DNA of 22,189 nt. Origin: an uncultured bacterium (lineage in GTDB: Bacteria; CSSED10-310; CAZUFC01). Each line of letters starts with the position of its first letter. The first letter of the stretch is position 1. The DNA lies in assembly GCA_964619725.1 (NCBI GenBank), contig CAZUFC010000076.1:1-22189 (forward strand), read 5' to 3'. The position numbers and the translations under genes are program-made. Shown piece after piece: positions 16,634 through 22,189 of this stretch. A model generated the notes under the pieces. The model was given only the letters and a program-made list of their open reading frames with translations. It was not told the origin of the DNA and did not search any database.

Positions 16634-17935
16634 ATGAACTGGAAAAAAGAATGGAAGACATTATTATTAATCACGGTGATATTTTTAATTTTTTATTTTT
16701 TACCTTTGGAGAAGTCGAGATTTGAGCGGTCGATAATTGAATCGCTCCATCTTGTAAAGGATTATGCGCGCGAGCATGTATTGTTGTGTTTGATTCCAGC
16801 GTTTTTCATAGCCGGTGCAATCGGCGTATTTTTAAGTCAGGCAGCGGTGATGAAGTATCTTGGCGCCAGGGCGAAGAAGATTCCGGCCTATGGCGTCGCG
16901 TCTGTATCCGGTTCGGTATTGGCGGTGTGTTCATGCACGATACTGCCGTTATTTGCGGGGATATACAAAATGGGAGCGGGATTGGGCCCGGCGACTGCGT
17001 TTTTATATTCCGGTCCGGCGATAAACGTTTTAGCGATAATATTGACGGCAAGGATATTGGGGCCTGATTTCGGCATAGGACGAGCGGCGGGAGCCGTTAT
17101 TTTCGGAATAGTAATCGGCTTGGTCATGCATCTGATATTCAGAAGGGAGGAGCAGGAAAAAGCAGCACAACAGGGGTCGCTGCCGGAGTCGTCGACGAAG
17201 CGAACTTTAGGTCAGAATGTCATATATTTTGCCTGCATGATCGGCATACTCGTATTCGCAAACTGGGGCAAACCAGGGGAAAGCGGGGGATTGTGGCATT
17301 TGATATATTCATCCAAGTGGGTTATTACGGCGATTTTTTCGCTATTTCTTGCGGTGGTCCTCCCCGTGTGGTTCAGCATAAAACCCGCAAGATTATTTCC
17401 TGCCGGAATCGTTGTCGCGGTTTTTGCCTTTTTGTTTCCCGATCACCCGGGAATAGCATTCACAGCCGGCATCCTGGGACTTTCCGTCATCTTGAATTTA
17501 AATGAAGGTGAAGGTCAGGACTGGTTCGCCGCATCCTGGCAATTCGCGAAACAAATACTGCCCCTGCTTTTCATCGGTACGCTCATTGCGGGTCTTTTGC
17601 TCGGACGTCCTCAAACAGAGGGTATGATTCCATCTCAATGGATTATTAAGGCTGTAGGCGGCAATTCCTTATTCGCCAATTTTTTCGCTTCTATCGCCGG
17701 CGCATTCATGTATTTCGCAACTTTGACGGAAGTGCCCATACTTCAAGGCCTGCTGGGCGCCGGCATGGGCAAAGGTCCAGCGCTGGCATTGCTCTTGTCC
17801 GGTCCGGCTCTATCCTTGCCTAACATGCTGGTTATCCGCAGCGTTATGGGTACGAAGAAAACTCTGATTTTTGTAATTCTAGTCATAATTATGGCGACGT
17901 TTTCCGGATATATTTTCGGGAATATAACGGCGTAA
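16634..17935 (+). CDS. arsP: DUF318/ArsP-family permease (putative organoarsenical efflux)
   Basis: HVLLCLIPAFFIAGAI, LAVCSCTILPLFAGIY, FLYSGPAIN, MYFATLTEVP and LLLSGPALSLP motifs; multiple TM segments. Confidence 0.85.
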   Translation: MNWKKEWKTLLLITVIFLIFYFLPLEKSRFERSIIESLHLVKDYAREHVLLCLIPAFFIAGAIGVFLSQAAVMKYLGARAKKIPAYGVASVSGSVLAVCSCTILPLFAGIYKMGAGLGPATAFLYSGPAINVLAIILTARILGPDFGIGRAAGAVIFGIVIGLVMHLIFRREEQEKAAQQGSLPESSTKRTLGQNVIYFACMIGILVFANWGKPGESGGLWHLIYSSKWVITAIFSLFLAVVLPVWFSIKPARLFPAGIVVAVFAFLFPDHPGIAFTAGILGLSVILNLNEGEGQDWFAASWQFAKQILPLLFIGTLIAGLLLGRPQTEGMIPSQWIIKAVGGNSLFANFFASIAGAFMYFATLTEVPILQGLLGAGMGKGPALALLLSGPALSLPNMLVIRSVMGTKKTLIFVILVIIMATFSGYIFGNITA

Positions 17936-18051
17936 AAACGGATAATTGCAATTGGGGGAATAGATGCGAGCAAGGACTGGAGAAAAGATGATTTATCGTA
18001 AAAAAATTATCATGATGCAAAGATTCTCAGGAAAATTTAAACAGGAGTCAA

Positions 18052-18297
18052 GTGATGAAAAACATTAAAATACTGGGGGCGGGATGTCCCAAGTGCAAGA
18101 AGTTGGCGGAGCAAGTCGCAAAAGCGGCTGGAGAACTGAATTTGGATTGTAACATAGAGAAAGTATCTGATATTCAGGAAATCATGAGTTACGGGGTTAT
18201 GATGACGCCGGCCCTGGTGGTGGAGGGCGTCGTAAAATCAACGGGAGCCGTTCCGAATATTGGACAGCTCAAAGAGCTCATCAGCGAGGAGGGTTAA
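18052..18297 (+). CDS. Small thioredoxin-like protein (MTH895/ArsE family)
   Basis: IKILGAGCPKCKKL, YGVMMTPALVVEG; SD CAGGAG. Confidence 0.9.
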   Translation: MMKNIKILGAGCPKCKKLAEQVAKAAGELNLDCNIEKVSDIQEIMSYGVMMTPALVVEGVVKSTGAVPNIGQLKELISEEG

Positions 18298-18789
18298 ATG
18301 AGGGCGATGAAGGGGATATTCCCGGCAGCGTGTATGATTTTACTTGCATTCTTTTTTTTGTTGGGGTCTGCGGAATGTTCAGAGCAATCGAGAGGCGCTG
18401 TTTCTTCAGAGCAGCCTGCGGAAAAGGAGCCGATCAATTCGCCGGAAGATAAAAAAGCGGCGGAACTGATCGTTTATTATTTTCATGGGGACAAGCGTTG
18501 CAAGACATGCTTGACGATTGAAAAAAATGCAATGCAGGCATTGGAGGAAGGTTTTCCCGATGCATTAAAACACGGCATAATCGAATGGCGTGCAGTCAAT
18601 ACGGATAAGAAGGAGAACGAGCATTTCGAGGAGGATTTCGATCTGGCGTTCAGTTCAGTGATTATAGTGAAGCACAATGAGGGCGAACGAATTGAATGGA
18701 AGAATTTATCCAGGATGTGGGAACTTGTGTGGAAAGAGGAAGAATTAAAAAAGTATATACAAAAGGAAGTAAGGACTTATATGGAGTGA
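18298..18789 (+). CDS. Exported thioredoxin-fold protein, ArsF-like
   Basis: Signal peptide; VYYFHGDKRCKTCLTIE and WKNLSRMWELV motifs; starts directly after the previous stop codon. Confidence 0.8.
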   Translation: MRAMKGIFPAACMILLAFFFLLGSAECSEQSRGAVSSEQPAEKEPINSPEDKKAAELIVYYFHGDKRCKTCLTIEKNAMQALEEGFPDALKHGIIEWRAVNTDKKENEHFEEDFDLAFSSVIIVKHNEGERIEWKNLSRMWELVWKEEELKKYIQKEVRTYME

Positions 18790-18913
18790 AAAACCGGTAA
18801 ATCTCAAATATCCTGCTGACCCGGGCGCCGAAAATGGCGACAATCAGAAGGCTTTTTGACAGGGTGAAGAGATTGACTATAACTCGAATTTTTGGGGGAG
18901 AGCTTTAAGACAA

Positions 18914-19591
18914 ATGCATGAACTTCTGATGGCAATTTTTTCTGCCTTATGGCTGGGTATTCTGACCTCCATCAGTCCCTGCCCTTTGACCACGAATATC
19001 GCAGCAGTTTCCTATATCGGCAAACGAATAAAGAAGCCGGGCATCGTGCTCGCCGCGGGATTATTATATACGGCAGGAAGGGCGACCGCTTATCTCGCGC
19101 TTGGAATTATAATTGTAACCAGTCTTTTATCGATTCCTTCTTTGTCCAGGTTTCTGCAAAATTATACGAACAAGATTCTGGGGCCGGTTCTTATCATATC
19201 GGGTCTTTTTTTACTGGAAGCGTTCAGTTTTTCCTTTTTCAATCCGGGTTCACGAATAAATCTGCAAAATAGGGCGGATAAGTCAGGCATAAGCGGCGCT
19301 TTTATACTGGGAGTTCTTTTTGCGGTCTCCTTCTGCCCCGTCTCCGCTGCGTTATTCTTCGGGAGCTTAATTCCTCTGGCCGTGAAAATCGATTCAGGTC
19401 TGCTTATTCCAGCATTTTACGGCATCGGAACAGCGATTCCAGTAGTGATTTTTTCCGTTTTAATTGCGGTGGGAGCCCGAAGCATAGGTGTTTTATTCAA
19501 CAAGATAACTCAAATTGAAAAATGGATACGCCGCATCACCGGATTAATTTTTATCGGAGTAGGATTTTATTTTATGCTGGAATACTTCTAA
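18914..19591 (+). CDS. ArsG-like / CcdA-DsbD-type membrane protein
   Basis: LGILTSISPCPLTTNIAA and FAVSFCPVSAALFFG Cys motifs; about 6 TM segments. Confidence 0.85.
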   Translation: MHELLMAIFSALWLGILTSISPCPLTTNIAAVSYIGKRIKKPGIVLAAGLLYTAGRATAYLALGIIIVTSLLSIPSLSRFLQNYTNKILGPVLIISGLFLLEAFSFSFFNPGSRINLQNRADKSGISGAFILGVLFAVSFCPVSAALFFGSLIPLAVKIDSGLLIPAFYGIGTAIPVVIFSVLIAVGARSIGVLFNKITQIEKWIRRITGLIFIGVGFYFMLEYF

Positions 19592-19638
19592 ACCGATTGG
19601 TACAATTTTGCTTAAGAGTCCTTAATCTGAAGGGGCTT

Positions 19639-19705
19639 AATGAGCGATTCTTATGGACGATGGACTTCTTCGACAAAGCCCGTCGCTCCATAAAAATCGC
19701 TCATT
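19639..19705. repeat. 67-bp palindrome between the convergent arsG-like and RRM genes
   Basis: AATGAGCGATT..TTATGGA..TCCATAA..AATCGCTCATT nested inverted repeat. Confidence 0.8.
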
Positions 19706-19743
19706 TTAAACGGAAACGTAATTTTAAACGAACCTCTTCCCTA

Positions 19744-20052
19744 TTACCAGGGTTTTCTCCGTCTTCTGTCTCCGCCGCCGCCGCCTCCGCCGCCGCCGCG
19801 TCTTTCTCTTCTTTCTCTGGCTTCATTAACGACGAGTTTTCTTCCCTGAAAATCGGTTCCATTCAGAGCTTCAATGGCAGCCTCAGCGCCTTCCTGTTCC
19901 ATTTCAACGAATCCGAAACCTCTCGGCTTTCCCGAGAACCTGTCCTTGATCAAGTTGATTGAATCAACCGCTCCGTGCTTCGCGAAGAGCTCCATCAGGT
20001 CATCTTCCGAAGCCTGAAAAGGAATGTTACCGACGTAAAGTTTTTTTGACAT
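19744..20052 (-). CDS. RRM (RNP-1) RNA-binding protein with Gly/Arg-rich tail
   Basis: RNP2 LYVGNI, RNP1 [17 protein letters not shown], poly-Gly tail; SD AAGGAG. Confidence 0.95.
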   Translation of the reverse strand: MSKKLYVGNIPFQASEDDLMELFAKHGAVDSINLIKDRFSGKPRGFGFVEMEQEGAEAAIEALNGTDFQGRKLVVNEARERRERRGGGGGGGGGDRRRRKPW

Positions 20053-20171
20053 TTGAGATACTCCTTAACGGGTTAAAAAATTTGTCATTCCTGGAATTCT
20101 GAATCGAAGCGGCTGCTCGCAGAGCTCCAGAACAAGCGGTTTTCCAGAACTATGGAATACCGTTGCGGTAT

Positions 20172-20200
20172 AAAGTAAGCCAAAAGAAATAGGAAGTCAA
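20172..20200 (-). promoter_or_regulatory. Probable sigma70 promoter of the RRM gene
   Basis: Minus strand TTGACT (20200-20195), 17 bp, TACTTT (20177-20172). Confidence 0.5.
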
Positions 20201-20260
20201 GTACAAATGAGCTTTATTTGCCGTAAGAATGCAACTTGAAGTCTCAAAAGGCTTAAATAA

Positions 20261-20302
20261 AATGAGCGGCGTTACGTCTTTCGATACAACTTGCCGCTCA
20301 TT
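20261..20302. repeat. Palindrome AATGAGCGGC..GCCGCTCATT, related to 19639-19705
   Basis: Perfect 10-bp arms sharing AATGAGCG/CGCTCATT ends with the 19639 palindrome. Confidence 0.75.
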
Positions 20303-20319
20303 CGAAAACCTGCAACTGA

Positions 20320-20504
20320 CTAACCCAGATTCTTCATACGAAATCGTAGTGCGAGGGTTCAGATTCCCGCATATTCAAGCGTGGCGAACCGGAGGACTGC
20401 CGAAGCACAGCAGCGTAATGTTGAGCAAGTCCGCAAGGAGCAGCGCTTTAAGGTACGGGGATATAGACTTTCACAACTGTTTTTGTATGAGAAATCCGGG
20501 CTAA
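20320..20504 (-). mobile_element. 185-bp MITE-like element, copy 3 (inverted)
   Basis: Flanked by CTAA direct repeats (20320-20323, 20501-20504); 153/185 identical to copy 1 by hand count. Confidence 0.9.
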
Positions 20505-20561
20505 AGCCCTTTTTCCGTCGTGAAACCTTTCAAATACAATTCAGCTTTTAAAGAATCCTTT

Positions 20562-22187
20562 TCAGCAGTCCAGCGCCCAGCCGTTGTTGATGGCATCAGC
20601 AATGTCTTTTGCTCTTTCCAGGTCGGTACAGGACAAAATCAGAGTTTCGATTTCCTCGATGGCCTGTCCGACATTTTCAGCATCTGTCAGTGAAGGGTAG
20701 TAGACGGGGGTATACGGCGAGAGTTTTCCGGAAGCCAGGTTCAGCCAGGTAGCGAGAGAGTGCCAGAGGGCTTTTTCGAGCATTCCCGACGGGACGGAGA
20801 GCATGAAGTCGCAGGATGCTTCTCCAATTTCGTCAAAAACCATGGAATGTTCGATGATGAACGGGAAGCAGGGTTCGGGATTCTCATGGTGATGAGTGCG
20901 GCATTGCAATTTCCAGTATCCTGGGGTTCTTGGTTCGCAGGGAGCCGGCGGAAAAGTTGGCGTAGGCGGTATCCATGTAGGCGTATATGTCGGAATAAAA
21001 GTGGGAGTCGGGGTGAGGGGTTCCGGGGGGATACAATATTCGGGCCATGCGATGGATTCGACGTCGGTATAGGGAACGTCGATATATTCTGAATCGAGAA
21101 CCGTAAGCGTAGAGAGGTCGTAAGTAAAGATGCGAGTGGGATTGGGGGCTTCGTGGATGCCTCCCCACAGCAGTCCGTCAGGTCTCATTTCGAGCGCTTC
21201 TGTAGTTCCGGGCAGGTTATCGGCGATAAGAGTCATGGTTCCGGCGGTCAGGTTTATTTCGTAGAGGTTCGTTCCGGCAGAAGCGTAGAGCATAGTTCCC
21301 GTCATATTCCAGGTAAGGCCTTCGACGTTGATCGATGAAGAGTATTCCAGCGTCGCGGTTGCCGAATTGACGTCGATAAGGACCAATCCATTGGATTCCG
21401 ACCATCCCCAGAGCGTATTATCGACGGACCTGAACGTGAGCGCAACGATCTCACTGAAGCCGGTGTATCCGAGAGGCGTAAGGGCTCCCGTCATAGAATC
21501 AACGGCAAACAAGTATCCGTCATACTCGCCGTCGCTGCCTGCCGTTGCGTATAGCTGATCGGTAACAGGGTGAATATCCAGTCCTTCTATATCCTGGTCC
21601 ATGTGCAACGGACCAAGCGCGGTAACGAGATGAGTATACGGATCAATCGTAAAGAACTGCGAATCGTTTAAGCTTTCGTCATGCACGGCATAAATCAGGC
21701 ACGGTATGGGAGTAGGTATCCATGTAGGCGTTTCCGTAGGCGGCGGGCATGTGGGAGTCTTCGTCGGGCTGTAAGTCGCTGTAGCCGTGCGCGTCGGCGA
21801 TGAAGTGGGACTGCTGGTCGAACTAGGAGTCAAGGTCGGCGTTTTTGTAGGACTGTAAGTCGAAGTGGGCGTCAAAGTGGGACTCTTTGTCGGAGTATCG
21901 GTTACGGTATAACTGGCCGTTGGAGTTTTCGTCGGAGTCAGGGAAGGACTCAAGGTTGGGGTTACCGTAGAAGTAGGCGTTAAGGTGGGCGAACGGGTCG
22001 GACTGCATGTTGAGGTAGGCGTCAGTGTGGGCGTTCTGGTCGGCGTGTTCGTTACCGTATAGCTCGCTGTAGGCGTCAGCGTCGGGGTCCTGGTCGGCGT
22101 AAACGTCGGACTTTTCGTCGGAGTCGGCGTCAGTGTGGGCGAACGGGTCGGACTGCATGTTGAGGTAGGCGTCAGTGTGGGCGTTCT
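20562..22187 (-). CDS. Large Pro/Thr-rich surface protein with beta-propeller and C-terminal RTPGYWK domain (5' end beyond the right edge)
   Basis: Frame stays open to the window end (RTPTLTPTSTCSPTRSPT...); propeller blades (IEGLDIHPVTDQLYA, VEGLTWNMTGTMLYA); second Pro/Thr linker; helical C-terminal domain RTPGYWK..LATWLN..DAINNG. Confidence 0.85.
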   Translation of the reverse strand, partial: RTPTLTPTSTCSPTRSPTLTPTPTKSPTFTPTRTPTLTPTASYTVTNTPTRTPTLTPTSTCSPTRSPTLTPTSTVTPTLSPSLTPTKTPTASYTVTDTPTKSPTLTPTSTYSPTKTPTLTPSSTSSPTSSPTRTATATYSPTKTPTCPPPTETPTWIPTPIPCLIYAVHDESLNDSQFFTIDPYTHLVTALGPLHMDQDIEGLDIHPVTDQLYATAGSDGEYDGYLFAVDSMTGALTPLGYTGFSEIVALTFRSVDNTLWGWSESNGLVLIDVNSATATLEYSSSINVEGLTWNMTGTMLYASAGTNLYEINLTAGTMTLIADNLPGTTEALEMRPDGLLWGGIHEAPNPTRIFTYDLSTLTVLDSEYIDVPYTDVESIAWPEYCIPPEPLTPTPTFIPTYTPTWIPPTPTFPPAPCEPRTPGYWKLQCRTHHHENPEPCFPFIIEHSMVFDEIGEASCDFMLSVPSGMLEKALWHSLATWLNLASGKLSPYTPVYYPSLTDAENVGQAIEEIETLILSCTDLERAKDIADAINNGWALDC

Positions 22188-22189
22188 GG
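21985..22189. repeat. Intragenic exact 55-bp direct repeat at 150-bp spacing
   Basis: 21985-22039 is identical to 22135-22189, within Pro/Thr-coding sequence. Confidence 0.9.

Noticed and set aside
18790-18913. Gap between the arsF-like and arsG-like genes with CCTG..CAGG ends and a TTGACT
   Set aside because: The inverted repeat is too weak and there is no properly spaced -10 box; cannot call an element or promoter.
16634-19591. Possible selenocysteine in the redox proteins of the ars-like operon
   Set aside because: All redox motifs are encoded with Cys; no in-frame TGA.
21823-22158. 111-aa alternate-frame ORF (HTDADSD...)
   Set aside because: Frame-shifted shadow of the Pro/Thr repeat; the other antisense and overlapping short ORFs in the track were rejected likewise.
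1-22189. CRISPR array, tRNA/rRNA, autonomous IS or integrase
   Set aside because: No regularly spaced repeat-spacer units, no cloverleaf or rRNA signature, and no transposase or recombinase motifs seen.

Overview
Bacterial genomic window, probably from a poorly characterised lineage rich in secreted proteins with Pro/Thr linkers. No rRNA, tRNA, CRISPR array or transposase was seen. Contents: (i) a cell-surface region with six predicted secreted proteins (two run off the window edges), a multi-pass membrane GT-C-like glycosyltransferase, a Thr-type sulfatase-superfamily protein and a TrmB-family regulator; (ii) an orphan eutJ next to a small unknown ORF; (iii) an arsR-arsP-arsE-arsF-arsG-like operon with a clear sigma70 promoter and a duplicated TTGG-N8-CCAA operator; (iv) an RRM RNA-binding protein bracketed by two related palindromes; (v) many intergenic repeats, notably three ungapped 185-bp MITE-like hairpins (4026-4210, 10860-11044, 20320-20504) and a second 82-bp repeat (2291-2372, 10617-10698). 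The best candidate for an undescribed system is a ~115-aa C-terminal domain apparently shared by a secreted beta-propeller protein and the divergently transcribed glycosyltransferase-like protein, which suggests a protein sorting/glycosylation system. All product calls come from motif recognition by eye; no database searches were run.
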